64,000 nt of DNA from Pavona decussata (lineage: Eukaryota), in the NCBI GenBank assembly GCA_977016875.1, contig CDRNST010000123.1, positions 3,720,001 to 3,784,000 of the forward strand. Direction: 5' to 3'. Under the pieces are notes generated by a model. That model was not told the DNA's origin. It saw nothing but the letters and a program-made list of their open reading frames with translations, and made no database searches. A program made the translations under genes and the position numbers. Position 1 is the stretch's first letter. Each line of letters begins with the position of its first letter. This document shows, one piece after another, positions 45,493 to 59,500 of this stretch.

Positions 45493-48179
45493 TTTGGACT
45501 TTTTAATCACTACATGTATTTTAACCTTCGTCAATTGCGGCAACCGGCCATTAATAATTGTCTTTGAACAATGAAACTGAAATACTGAACTTAAGGATCC
45601 TCTTTTGTTATTTGAATAACGATGTATATTTTTGGCAGTTGCTGGAGGGACATGATCAATATTTACTCTTTTGTCGCCTATAACATAAAGTGGTATCTTC
45701 AGCAACCGTTCGAGCGTACATACCACAAATACGTCAGTATATACTCGTCGAGGGAAACATCAGGACTCGAGGGAAGTTGTTTGTTGTCACGACCATGGTA
45801 CAAGGACTTGACATTTTAAGAATCTATTTCCTTAGTTATCTATTTTTAAAACCTATTTTCTTAACTATTGATCTATGCGAAAACCAAATTTCATGACCGT
45901 GATAAAATGATCAATCGTTTATGCTCTCACCTGACGAAAACTTCACAGAAATAAATATTCAAGATGATAATGTCTCGGAATATTTAGACATAGGCACTTG
46001 CCTCTAACCGGATTAAACCAGTTCACCAGAGGTAAAGTTACTGTAAACAGTTTCCTTGTTGTTCTAGATTACGGGCAACATAGACCTTTTATGATACTGC
46101 TGATACTGCTAATATTACTCGGTTTTCTCCTGCTCCCAATGTAATAACTTGTGCGGAGAATATCGATCCCAGTTGTAAGGGACTTGTAATAGACCCGGCA
46201 TTTTTTGCTGAATATCACCACAGACATCCGAGGCGGTATTATTTATGGCCTTCTTTTTAAATTTGTATATATCAGTTTTGTTGTTTGAAGACGGTGTTGT
46301 TGTTGTATAGAAAGTGTATTTGTCCAAGGTCGGCGAAAAAGTCCGCACAAATATACAGTGTAAAGTTCAGTTGAGAGACATGTTTAATTTATTCTGATCC
46401 GGAATTATTCTGGCCTTAGGAAAAACAACTGAAGTAAGCTTGATTTTTGTTTTCCTTTTTGCGTGATCCTTTTTTCAAGCTAAGTGAAAAAGATACAATT
46501 TTTGAAGTTCACTGACGTCACCGTCTTGATGAAATCGTGAGTAGCTATTGACCGCTTACTGCCTAAGCGCCTTTCGTCCAAGAAGGGTAATGTCAGATCG
46601 ATCAGAATTGAAGTTACAAGAAAATATTATATCAATAACAAAAAAACGATAATAAAGAAACATGATCAAAATGTAACATTCTGTGGTTGCTTTGCTCTAT
46701 TTCAGACGTTGCACAAGCATGTTGCGGAGACCGAACCACCGGAAAATGGCTTGCGATGCAAAAACGTTTTATTTCTTCTAGCGTACGCTTCTTCTCTAGC
46801 GTAGTCGGAGACGGTGAGGGGGATGGGTGCGAGAAAAAGTGAGAGAAAAAAGAGGGGACTGGGGAGAGAGGCCGAGAGGGAGTTTCCTCTCTCTCCTCTC
46901 CCCAGTCCCCCTTTTTCTCTCACTTATTCTAGCTCCCCCTTAAGCTCCCCCTCCCCTCCCCGAATATGCCTACAACGCAGGCTACGGCGACATCTCCCTA
47001 CAAACTCGTTCCCAGTCTCTAACGCCAAACTGTTGGTCTACATTGATACCATGAAAAATAGATTATTTATTACTCGGGCCGTGTTCTCGGTCGCGTTCTT
47101 TTTTATTTATTTGCTTTTTTTGTATGTCGCGATTGTCCAAGAGATAATGCATAAGACTTTGTATATGACCAAATGACGTGTTACATACAAGATGGTGGCT
47201 GCAAGACAAATGACTAAAAATAAGACTTAAAAGTATTCATAAAGAGAAGTATCTCGGAAATTCTTAATTACTGCTTTAAATCATTTCTGTCTAAACCTGT
47301 AAATATCCGGACTTGAACAATGATGACGGAAACGCGAGTTCAGTGCAAAAGTTTGCTTTTTAATACAATGCCAGTGATCACCACAAGATTTGGTAGAAAG
47401 CGTAGAACACTTGAATGTGGCCTTCACGACGATCATACCGGAAATTGCGATTCTATCTGGTGGTTACTTATTGCCTCACTATATCTCTTTATCTATCGAT
47501 TTGGGGGGTTCGCGATGCTGGAGGTTATCACTGCTAAAAGATCGTAGGCTTACGCACCACACGGTCAAATATGGCCCGAGTTTAAGCTGGTAACAGCTTC
47601 TTGTTTTCTATTAGAATACAAACAGCCTATATTTTTTTTTGCTAAGCGATGATTCAATTCAGGAGATAACTGCATGAGCAGGTGGAGTAGTATAGTAGCT
47701 AGTGCGTCGTCGGAGGGGCGGTAGTTCGAAGCTTGGTTAATCTCTGTTTTCTCTTCCGTTTCATAGTGCCTCTCTCTACCCAAAAATAAGTACCGGTAAC
47801 AAACAGAGTGCCTGGAACAGAACGATGGACTGACAGTACTCCTAGTTGTTTCCTGCCAATGGAAACCCGGTTATAAGCTCCGGTTGAATCGGACCAGGCA
47901 GCGGGCGTAAAGTGCAACTTAACCTGCCTTGTCAGGCCCCCAGTGTCAATTCATCGACCAGCAGGCCGATGCGGAAAACAGCGTGCAAGGCTCTATGGGA
48001 ACGGGAACGTCCCACGTTCAGTTGTGAAAAAGATAAAAGGGAACATCAAATGCCGGTTATTCGTGTCGAGGAAGTTTCCTTAAAACTTTACTGTATGGAA
48101 AACAGACAGGAGATTATATACCATACTGAAGAGTAACAACTGGTGGCATACATTGGTCTTCACCACCGAGGACGAAATT

Positions 48180-48563
48180 GGAGCTTAAGCAACGACGACG
48201 GCAACGGCAACGAAAACGTCACCTGAAAATATATCTTTACGTCATTTGTGCTACTTCACGATTATTTCAACTCGACGGCTCAACTTTTACAAAAATGGCG
48301 AACTATCCAGGAACCAAATTGGTAGGAGTGGCGTAAAACCGGTTAAGAGAGAAAATGAAAAATTCACCTGACCGTCGTATGTTTACGTTCTCCCCAAAAC
48401 CATGACCTTAAATGTCGTCATTTCACGTTGTTGTTTTGCAGAGGACGTCAAAGAAATGTACCAAAATGTAAAACGCACTACAGAGCGATTGGTTTTGCGC
48501 ATTAAACCTATTGTTTTGCGGCGTTTTCGTTTCGTCGCCGTCGTCGTTGCTTAACTGAGCTCC
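48180..48563. mobile_element. MITE (Harbinger/ISL2EU-like?)
   Basis: GGAGCTTAAGCAACGACGACGGC / GCCGTCGTCGTTGCTTAACTGAGCTCC termini. Confidence 0.7.
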
Positions 48564-49287
48564 TTAATACTTGTGTCCACCAACGTCAAAACCCCTTGCA
48601 TAGCGTTCAAGAATAGCTGGTTAAATTCTGAATTCAAAACCGAAGAAATAATTTTATGTTGCGGAAATCTGATAGATATGAACTTAAATGTTCCCCTTAA
48701 TCGGTCGTTCCTCGTTTGATTGGCGTATCACGAATTCCTCAGTATTAGAGTGGGCACTTTTATTTGTTGCTGTTGTTGTCTAAGTAGCTTCCAGAATTTC
48801 AGTAAATTGGGCTTCCTATACCTTAATCTTCTTCTTCCTGTTATGAAATGCACTCTAAATGTGCTGGTACTACTGTACTGTTCCGAGAACAACAAACTCA
48901 TCCGAGAAAGCTCTTACTGGACATTGTTCTCAGAGATTTTTTGTTGTTGTTCTTTTCAGTGATCAGTGGTCTCAAAACGTTTCCCGCCATGGTGAATGCA
49001 TTGTTATTCCAATGTCGTCACGTAAACTGATTGAAACTCCTCGAACTGAAGCAACTTTATTTTTTTATCCAAATGGCGTTCTTATCGTTAACGTATGCAT
49101 ATGGGCAAGAACGGCAAACACTAGAACAACAAAATACAGAGAAAAAAAGGCAAGCTGGCTTCGTCTTTGTCCTTTTCTGTTGTCCACTTATAATTATACG
49201 ATCATGGAAATCTATGAATCTGTGAATCTATCTCTCTGCAAGTGCCTATCGTATCAGCGCAGTTCTGAGTTCTGATCGGCTTTGTTC

Positions 49288-49401
49288 CATCCTCGGAGAC
49301 TTAGGGGCAGATAGTTGAGTCATGAGGAAGTCGAAGCGGCCAAACTTAGCCGCTTCGACTTCCTCATGACCCAACTATCTGCCCCTGGGTCTCCGAGGAT
49401 G
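49288..49401. mobile_element. 114-bp hairpin MITE with 9-bp TSD
   Basis: CATCCTCGGAGAC...GTCTCCGAGGATG; TSD GCTTTGTTC at 49279-49287 and 49402-49410. Confidence 0.85.
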
Positions 49402-49995
49402 GCTTTGTTCCGGAGTTGAGTCGAAGCTGAAAGCATTTTGAGATCGATCACGTCCTCCTGATCACAACCCTGATCCTCTAAACTAAATATGGAACTGTGT
49501 TTTTGACACGACAACCCGTCTGCTGCATGAATGCAAAATTACAGAAACAAGATGCCCCTCTAATGGCATTACACGGAATGCTTAATGTAGCCCCAATTAT
49601 TCCCCATTGTATGTTTCGCAGATATTTAAAAAATATCCTCCCTTGGCCATTGAAATAATTGTCTGAATGGTTTTATTCAGATATATTGCGTGATACTTAT
49701 CGTTGTGTTACTAGGAATCATACCAGAAATAACTATGCAATAACGTCATGACCCCGCTGAACTGGTCTGGCCTCCTCTAGCTCTAATCCTTTGCGTTGAT
49801 CATTCGATCTGTTTTTTAAAGCGGATTTTCTTTGCTGTGAACTCTCCCAATTTCCGCCGTTTCAACTGTCGAGTACTACCTAGAAGTTATTATTTCGATT
49901 TAATGCTTGAAAAAGGTTGGTTTTCTCTCTGAAAACGGCAGATCCGGAGTCTTAAATTCAGACATGTGGCCGCCATTGAACGAAAACAACTTTTC

Positions 49996-50308
49996 CAAAT
50001 GATGATTTGCTTTGACGTCACACAAGTAGAGATGAGTGGGTCCCCTCCCTCGTGATATACGCGCAGATAATGGAGTTTGATTGGGCCGCTTTTGTTCAAG
50101 ACAATCAAAACAATAGATCCCTTCTGGGAGAGGGAAGAATTTAATCTAGTTTTAATGAATAAATCAAATGATGATTTGACGTCACACAGAAGTGATGAGT
50201 GGGTCCCCTCTCTCGTGATATGTGCCTGAAAAATAGATTTTGATTGGGCCGCTTCTGTTGAAGACAATCAGAACAATATATTCTTACTAGGGGAGGACAG
50301 AGTTTAAT
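49996..50308 (+). promoter_or_regulatory. Duplicated ~165-bp module (CRE plus inverted CCAAT) upstream of FER/FES
   Basis: Two diverged copies, each with TTTGACGTCACAC (50013, 50177), GATGAGTGGGTCCCCTC and TGATTGGGCCGC. Confidence 0.6.
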
Positions 50309-50586
50309 GCATAAATTAATGTGCACATTTATGACACCGATGAAGAAAAAGATACCCGACCGAAACCTAGACACGTCATGCCCTGCGGGCATTCCGTGTA
50401 ATTAGAGCGAATTCAGTGAAATTGCAATTTGTGCAGAAGGCGCGGCTACCAAACATCCCACAATGCCTTGCATGATATAATTTCAGTCAAGGCGGAAGCG
50501 TCTCGGAGCATATTTTGCAGAAGGATGTGGCGAATTGTTTTTCTCTGAAAAGAGTTATATTTGGGGCGTTCCTGGTGAATTTCAGT

Positions 50587-53500
50587 ATGAGTTTTAAGGG
50601 CCAGCATCTACGATTTTCAGTGGAATTGTCCCATAAGGCTGGTCACGAAGCAATCATCTCTTACATCGAGGGCGAGCTAAAACATCTTGAGTATGTCAGG
50701 GAATACCTAATCAAACGAGCTAAAGTAGAACTCGATTATGCTTCAGCCTTGGCGAGAATAAACACGGCTGCCGCTAAGGTTATTAGCGACAATGACAGAG
50801 AGAGCCCGATTAGAAAGGTATGGTTTTAGATTTTGCTCATGTGTCTTTAATTGTTTAAGCTGATGTTAGGCATATTTAGCCTTACCTGAAAATTGTGCAT
50901 ATGGGAGGCGAGTAACTCACCATGTATTTAGATTCGATTTCTGTGCCATCGGAAGTCGTTAGAAACGACTGGAAGTTTTATGTGAAACTGTGCCGGTTTT
51001 CGTTTGAAATAAGCAGCTTGTGTGTATAGGCGATCCTGTGGAACTGATCGTATTTCATTTAGAAGCCCAATAAGTTTATATTAAGTTATGTTTGTGTCAT
51101 GTTTTCATATTAAGCTTACATTTTTCAGTGCAAGACCCCGGGATTCCAATACTTGCGACAATTTTAGCTCAAAGTCTTCTACGAAGAAAATTTAAGCTTT
51201 TCTTTTAAACATAGCTGTAGTTAGTTTACGTTTCTTAGTTTCTCTCATATGCCCTTTGTTATCGATCAGTTTTCGTGACGAATTCACACTTATTAAATTG
51301 TCTAATGATAATTTCCATTTTACTGAAATCGATTGTTGAGAATGGTATTTCGGTCTTCATGTGTGCGATGTAATATTATCATTTTAGCAACCGCCAGTTT
51401 CCGACGGTATTGTTACCAACTGAATGGTTCAGTGGTCTTGTTGAAGAAAATGAAACAACTTTTAGAAAATGTAATATTTATACATGAGGCTATGACAGAT
51501 TGAAATTAAACTTAAATTAAAACTGACACTTCGATTTGTTATTAATTTTTCTGTGGCATAAGTTTTGTGTATATATATTTTTAAATGAGTTATTTGTGTT
51601 CATTACTAGTAAAATTATAGAATAAAACACAACTTTAACTTTTGTGTAGAAACCGTAACTTAATATCTCATTACAAGTGACATATTTTATGTTATTATTG
51701 TTTTGTTAAAATGCACACCTGTCCGTTATAGAAGACTGACTTCTTTCTTTTACGTACCACAGTACAGCTAATTACTTAATCTAATTCATGTCAGGTTGCA
51801 GCCAAATGTGACAGTCTCATTTTTGTCATTTTCTTGTGTCTTGTTTATGACGAAACCTTCACTTACTTATTGAAAAATTGACCATGCAGGATTCTTATCT
51901 GGACAGAAGCTTTCACTTCAGCTGCATTGTGACAATCACCCAAAATCCAATTAGTTGACTTCCTCAACCTTGAATTCTGTAAAAAAAAAATTAAAATTAC
52001 TTTATGTTAGTTTTACAGAGAGCAATGTGGAATGTATTTCTTTTCCAAGTCTTTTACCTATGGAAGTTGATATTTAAAGGAAATATTTTGCAAACAAAAG
52101 GTAGATTAAAAGATATAAATTGATCTATTTGATCTTAAAGTAAGATCTAAGATAAACAGGTCAACTATTTCTTTATCTCGGGATTCAGGTGTTTCATTAG
52201 ATACTGGCAACTGGTAAATTTTGCTGCTTCTTCCACTGCTACCTTTAATTTCATATTATCCTTACAAGTTAATAATTATTTAGAGTCGACATATGAAATT
52301 TGTTGGGCAATATACATGTAAAATAGAAATCACTTGGACCTAGTTGTTCAAAAGCTACTTAAAGTGCCCATAACCCCAAAATTTCTTGTTCGCTTAAATA
52401 AATCTTTGCACCTGTTCGAAACGCATTGAGCCTTTTTGCGCCTTTTTTCTACTAAATCTTGACTTTTTATAAGCTGTAAAAGTTATGAAATCTAGCCGTC
52501 ATCTGTCCCATGACCGAGCTGGTAAGGGGCATGGGTATATTCCTTACATGACGTCACAAACTGCTTTGCATGCATTTTCACAAAGACTTAATACAATGCA
52601 AATCAGTTTGTGACGTCAAGTAAGGAATAGACCCATGCCCCTTACTAGCTCAGTGATGGGACAGATTATGGCTAGATTTCGTAACTTTTACAGCCTATAA
52701 AAGGTCAAGATTTGGTTGAAAAAAGGCGCAAAAAGGCTCAATGTGTTTCGAATAGGTGCAAAGATTAAATTAAGTGAAAAAATTTTGGGGGGTTATGGGC
52801 ACTTTAATGCTAGTCCCCAATTAAAAGTTCACAGAAGTTTTCATCTCACTAGAAAAAATAATGTTTTTAAAAGCTAATTTTAAGGTAATGGTAAAGAAAA
52901 GTCTAAGTCAAAACTAAGTGACAAAAGTCTTTTGGAATTTAAATCCTTATTCATTAGTAATCAACTTCCATCTAAGTTCGCGTTAACCAGGATTAGCTTA
53001 ATTGGGCTTTGAGCAACTGGGCCCCAGTGGAATAAAAAAATCCTGTGCTTTGCTTTGTTTGCTTGTTTTTTTATTGTTGGATATCATCTTTTTAAAATGT
53101 TTTACCAACATCATTAACACTAACACAGGGCTGGCATTAAGGGCCAGTCGCAGGCTCATTGTTGTGAAACAGTGCTAACAAGCAATCAAAATGTGTTAAA
53201 GGAGTTTTCAATGAGTGTCGAAGTAATTTCGCATTTGCTTTGGTTTTGTATTTTAATTTTCATGTTTTTGTCACTGGCTGTTTTTGCCTGCATGTGTACT
53301 GAAGTTAATGTTAAGTTTAGTTGAAGATATTAAATAAATATTTATTTTGTACTTCCTGTTTTTTTTTTACATATATGCAATAGTGAGTGCTTTCCACAAT
53401 AATGGTTCCGTTGTACTTAATACGTCATAGCTACGGGTCATACATTGCCACATGGCCCTATTAGTAGTGTCCAGTTTGATTGAATATTAGCAGCCGTGTA

Positions 53501-56500
53501 CACTACTCATTCGCACTATTTAATCACATTTACAACTTACAAATGTAGCATGTTGCTTTTGGTAAATCCTGCTTTGAGCTTCAGGTTACACTGGGTACTG
53601 TTTTTTGTTTTAAATCACAGTGGTTACACCCAGTGACTTCCCCTCGCTGATCTACACATACTCTTTACGTGTAGGAGCTTGACCTAGGCACACGCTGCTG
53701 GGAGCAGCTGATTGGTGTGACCCGGCCCCATCTGACGGTCTTCTAAGCCACATGCTGACATTAACCTAGTATACCTGCCAACTCTCATGCCTGCAATTAC
53801 ATGTTGAAAACTTTGATCTCTTGCCAGCTCATGCTTACAGGATAATTTCTCATATCTGGTTAAAAAATGTGACCTAAAAGTACATGTACAGCCTTAACTG
53901 ACACAGGTCCCAAAAATATGTAGACTCAAACCAATGGGAGAAACAAAAAGTCCATATAAAATGAGTAAATGACGATAATTTTCCCAAAATCTATTATTTT
54001 TGAAGGTCCGCATCGGACATAATCATTTTCTTGAGAACTTAAGAATTATTCGGAACATTTTTAGAAATCTTTGGGCGTCTTAAGAAGTCTTTGGAAATCT
54101 TCAGATACATGTATAGTCATGTCGTCTTTGAAAATCCTAGCACTCCCAGGATAAAAATCAGAAAAAGTTGTCAGGTTTAGCCTAGCTCTATTGGCATGCC
54201 TTGTGGCAGGCAGCACTCCAATCCTGGACAATGCGTGGCTACTCCCAACCATTTTCTCCAACACAAAATTAATGGTGTCTTTTAATTATGTGTGCAGGCA
54301 TTAATCTGTTTTAAGCCCAAAACCCTTGAAACCCAGCAACTGGACCTTGACTTTCAATAATTTTTTTATTTTATTGTGCTTGAACAATAGTGAGGGAACA
54401 CTTTATTAAACAGTACTTTTTCCCCTAGGCTTGGTGTACATATATCACAGAAAGTGAAACCAAGGCAAAGTTGATCACAGAATTCACAAACATCTTGAAT
54501 TCTACTACACTGAAAAGACTTGAACAACTCATTGAGGACAAGAGAAGCTTATTGAGAAAGTACAAGAATGAAAAATTCAGGACGGATAGCAGCTTCAAAC
54601 AAGAATCGGATGAAATTGAGAGGCTAAAAAAAACTTACCAAGACAATGCTAAGGAGTCTGAGTCTGGAAAAAGAAAATATGAAGAGGTAGTGTCAAAGGA
54701 TAAATTCAACAGCAAAGATTGGGAACGTTCGAAAGATAAATATGTGAAAACTACTCTGAAACTTCATCAGAATCACAATGACTATGTGCTGGCTCTGAAG
54801 TCAGGAAATTGCCATCAAGGAGTCTATACTAAGGTTCTTGTTCCAAAGATCTTAAATTCTTTGCAGTATTTGCAAGAGGAATATGTTGGTGAATGGTAAG
54901 TATGGGTCACTTTATTAATAATTTAAAATAGCCAGTAGAGATTTTGGTTTGAATCTATCTGACACTTGGGCAGTGTGCTAGCCAGGAAGGCAAATGGGTG
55001 TCCCAAACATGCCCACGTTTTCAATATATTATTGACAATTTCAAATTCTCCATTAAGTCTCAAAAACCAATCAAGTTATTCTTCTAGTGCATTTAATTCA
55101 CTGGCTAAAAGCACTTTTGTCTGCTCTCAGTTAATTTTTACTTGACCTCTATTGAGTGGATACATTTCAAATTTCCATTCTCCAGGGGTATGTGGGGTGC
55201 ATTAATTTTTTCCAAAGGACAGCAGTGTCAGATGGTTGTAGGTTGCATGTCAAAACTGCAAATCAGAGGGAAAACAGACAGACAAAAAACAAAAAAACAA
55301 AAACCATATATCAGGGATTACAGTCAGTCTACCTCACGCATGATCAGTATTTTTGCGAATGAAATGAACATTCGAATTCTTCTTTTGTAATGTTTGGTCC
55401 TTAATGCTGTGATGTAAAAAAAAAATTCATAATTTTATATTATCAATTAATTAACTACAGAAATTTCTAGGGGAACTCTGAAATTTGACATGTAAATTTC
55501 AAAACTCTGTTCAAATTTCAAAGTGCTGGCCTCGCATGATGTTGATTGATTATAAGTCAAGACCATGTGAACCCTTCATGCTGTGAGCATGTTATTGTTA
55601 ATGACAATATTTTATTTTGTTGGGTGTTAGGAAAGATCTTCTCGAGGATGTGTTTCACCTTACAAACTGTTGTCGTGAGGAGTACTTGACTGCAAGCCAA
55701 GCAGTACAAACTTCGGTTAATGAAGTTAAAAAGCACCAAGAATATGAAAACTTTATCATCAACCACAGGTACATAATATTCAACTATTAATAAACAAAGA
55801 TTAGGCAGTGCGTTTGATGTCACCAGGCTCTCTCTCCTTTGCCAAGTTGGTGATGATGTCATCTGCCCCTGCAAAATCTGCAGAGGATGCCAGATACACA
55901 TCCCAAGATCCATTTATTCAATCAACATTGTCCACTCCCATACAATCTTGACTCCAATCTGTATTAGGAGTGTGTTCTCTCTACATCAAACACAATAACC
56001 TAGTACTTGATGTTGTAACTTCTTGCTGGTAATTTGACACCTGTTTATTGTCTCGGTCCTCTGATAGCCAGAATCTTTTGCCTGTCCCTCATAATGTTTG
56101 AGGTAACAGGGCAAGTTTCACTGTATAGTTAAGCAGTGGTGAGTCTTAAAGGCGATTATAAAACAACTGTTTTCTCTACTTGAAGTGTGGTGTTGATAAT
56201 TATACTGGTAGGTAAGATTGATATCTTGGATAGGGCATATACATGCAGGCGCTGTAGGCAAAAAGGTCTCCTCTAGAGTAGGTACTGGTACATGTATTCT
56301 GTGCCGCACTTTCAAGGTCCTATATCAAATTCTATGTGCCTTAAATATGACACGATGGTACTGCATATATTTGATTACTGCACAGTCGTTTGGGATAGCT
56401 GTGTAGTAGGCCCTAAAACCTACTTTAGACAAGCTTAATAGACATGCTGTGAGTATATTCAAGGGCTGAACTGTTGGGGCTTGGTGCCAGCCTAGATCTG

Positions 56501-59500
56501 TTCACTGAATTTAAATATGTGTACAAAAGCCATGCTTACACTGTAAAACACCAGGCACCATGATCTGTTACATTTTCCACCAGCCAAAAAACAAAGTATC
56601 TGTGTAACTTCAGCATCAGTAGTGTACATGCCTTCAATTCTTCACACATTTAGCACAAGGTTGGCATATGGCCTAATATTAAGGAATTCAAGTTCCTGGG
56701 GAAATGCCATCTCAAGTGCTATTTACCTAACCATCTTAGCATTATTTTTATTTCGTAGTCCTTTTGTTAGTTCCTTTTGTTAGTAGTTTCTTTAAGTATT
56801 GCATATTTGATATTAATTTGTTGTATTTTGTTAATTTAGCCAGTACTCTGTTTAAACTAGCTATATACAGCTATTTCAATTAACGTTGTCGGATCAAAGC
56901 TTAAAGCTTAAAGACATCTTCAAAGAGGCTGCCACCTCATCCATTTGATATCCTGACATTTCTTTCATCCAAATGGCTCGCCATAATATATTTTCACTGG
57001 ACAGACGAGGCATAGCTGATTTTGATGAACTTATTCATACTAAAATCCACAGAATCTTGAGGTCTTGTCTTATAGCTTTATACTTTGATCCGACAACGTT
57101 AATTGAAATAGCTGTATGCTAACTCAGATGTTCATATTCAGAATAAAAAAAGATCAAGTTACATGAAGTTCTAACCTGCATGTACATTCGTGTCATCTGC
57201 AGCACTAATTTTCAGCAAAAAGGAATCTAGGAGATTGTTGTCAACAACACATTTACTCCTAATCTTCTGTGAATCATCCTAATGTCTTATTAAAGTTGGA
57301 CACACCACTGCCTAGATCCCTTCATTTCAAACATTCTTGTTTTTATTATTTTCTTGCAGACAGAATCAGTCACCAGCTCTTGCATTCATCTTCGATTCAA
57401 GTCTTATCGAATTGACATCGACAGCAGTTACTCCTGATGAATTGGTCGTCAATGACTTAACCATGGAGAAACTTCAGCACAAGTAAGTGCATATTGCTGT
57501 TGAGATTTCAACCTTCTCTGGAAGCTACTTATCGATATATATTGCATGAGAAGATTTAAGTGTCATTGTCTGAGAAAGTGTTCCACGGGCCAAATCTTGT
57601 GGTCAACCAATTTGGCTGAAACCTGGCACAGAAGTTGGTTGCCATGAGATATTTGAAAAGCCAATTTGGCTCACTTCTCTGACTTCAAGTTTTAGAGTTT
57701 CAGGGGGGGGGGTCTCATTTTTTGCCCTTTGAGCACAAAAAATCCAGGCTTTCAGGGGTCATTTTGAAAGTGCCATAAAACCCAACTGGTAAATTGTGCT
57801 GCCAAATGAATTTGACCATGAATATTACTATAATAGAGCTTTCATTTCATGGATGTAACTTTGCCCTCAAGGTATTGGACAGAGAGGAGCCTGGGGCTAG
57901 AGTTAAGCCAAAATTAATGTCAAAATTACAACTCAAAATTGCCATTTTTCAAAAAATCAGTGTATCTACCTGCCTTCTTGCATAACATCCGTACCTAAAC
58001 GGTTATTTACTTTAGTGACCCAACTATCAAAATCAGTTGAGAAAAATTTGGCTTATCACGGTTTGTTGAATTTTTTTTCACAAACACTCCATGCCTCTAT
58101 AAGGTCATGCAAAATGGAATTTTGAGCATAAGTCATGCCATAAAGAAACCAAATTGTTGACATGAAGCCCTTATTCTGTATTTGGTCAGTGAAAATGAAT
58201 TGCTAAAGCCAAATCAGTTTAATTGTTTAGAAATAATCTGATTCTTACCTTACAATTGCTCTTTAAGGCCTTTGATTAGCACAACAAATACCCTGATTTA
58301 GCAAAACAAGGTTTAGTTTGTACTTTGAAAACCTAGTACCCATCAAACAGCACAAATGATGAAGGCGTAACTTCGATATAACGATCTTTTTAAACGATGC
58401 TTGAATTTTTCATTGATTAATATTCAGTTCCAAGTCATAATTCTTCTCTGTTGCTCCAAGCATGGAAAGTCTCTATATTTTGTCAGGCCTGATTTTTATT
58501 ATGATTAAAAGATAAAGTTAGCTTAACGAAAACGTTCGTTAGCATATAATCTATGTCTGTTAACAGCCTGAACAGTTCTTGTAAATACCCACCAGTAAAG
58601 GAGCATGGCCATGCATACATAGATATATAAACTTACGTAGAGATATACGAGCTGCAGTTTATAGCAGTGCCGATGTGACCCGTTACTTCAGAGTCCTCTA
58701 GAGCGGAGTAAATGAAACCATCCGTCAAGAAGGAATGCACAGTTAGGAGAGCTCGATAGTAAAACAAAAAACCTGTGTTGCTAAATACAATAACAAACGA
58801 GGCCAGGGCATTAAGATGATGCAAAATCAACTGGCCTGCCATTTTGGACATAGAAGAGAGTTGGGAACTGGACCGAGATTACGCTCTTCTTCCGTTTCGC
58901 GGCTATGTTTTATCAGGTGTAAGAAATTCAAGGGTAATTTCACGATGGCACTTTGTTCCTTTGAAGGGGTAAGGGATAAGTGCGGTGCTACCGCATGGGC
59001 TCCGCACGAAACAGGAATGGTTCCTTTATTATCCTGCGAGAATGATATGACTGAATGGTTGAAGGAAAAGTACAAGGGGTCAGGTGCATCTGGGGCAAGA
59101 GGAGGACCTGGTTATACCAAAGCAGCAGGTGATTCAAAATATCTGTTAGGCATCATACACGCGCACAAATGGCTTTTATCGCGATCCAGTGGACTCTTTT
59201 CTGTTGAAGAGAGACCACGATATTTTACGATATTGTCGTCTCAAATGGTTTGTTTATGACTGATTGAAGATTTCCCGAGGTAATTTACTTGATTCTTGCG
59301 ATGAGAAACAAACATTCAACAAATTGTTCACAAGAAGGGCAAAGGGGTTGACTAAAACCCTAACTTTGAAAGGTAAGGGCGCAGTTATTTTATCGCAACA
59401 ATCTCTATGACCAAAAACAACGATAAGAATAACTTAAAGTTGAAGGTTGTTTTTCGTCTGCTCGCTCTGTTTGTTTACATTCAGCATTACCTGTTCAGAC

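Noticed and set aside
47912-48136. Short ORF with PVIRVE (PxIxIT-like) as a fifth cluster member
   Set aside because: Only ~55 aa from the first ATG, with no CRYLR motif and no supporting splice structure.
53620-53770. GC-richer structured-looking island in FER intron 1
   Set aside because: It could not be fitted to a tRNA, snoRNA or ribozyme consensus; probably a retroelement fragment.
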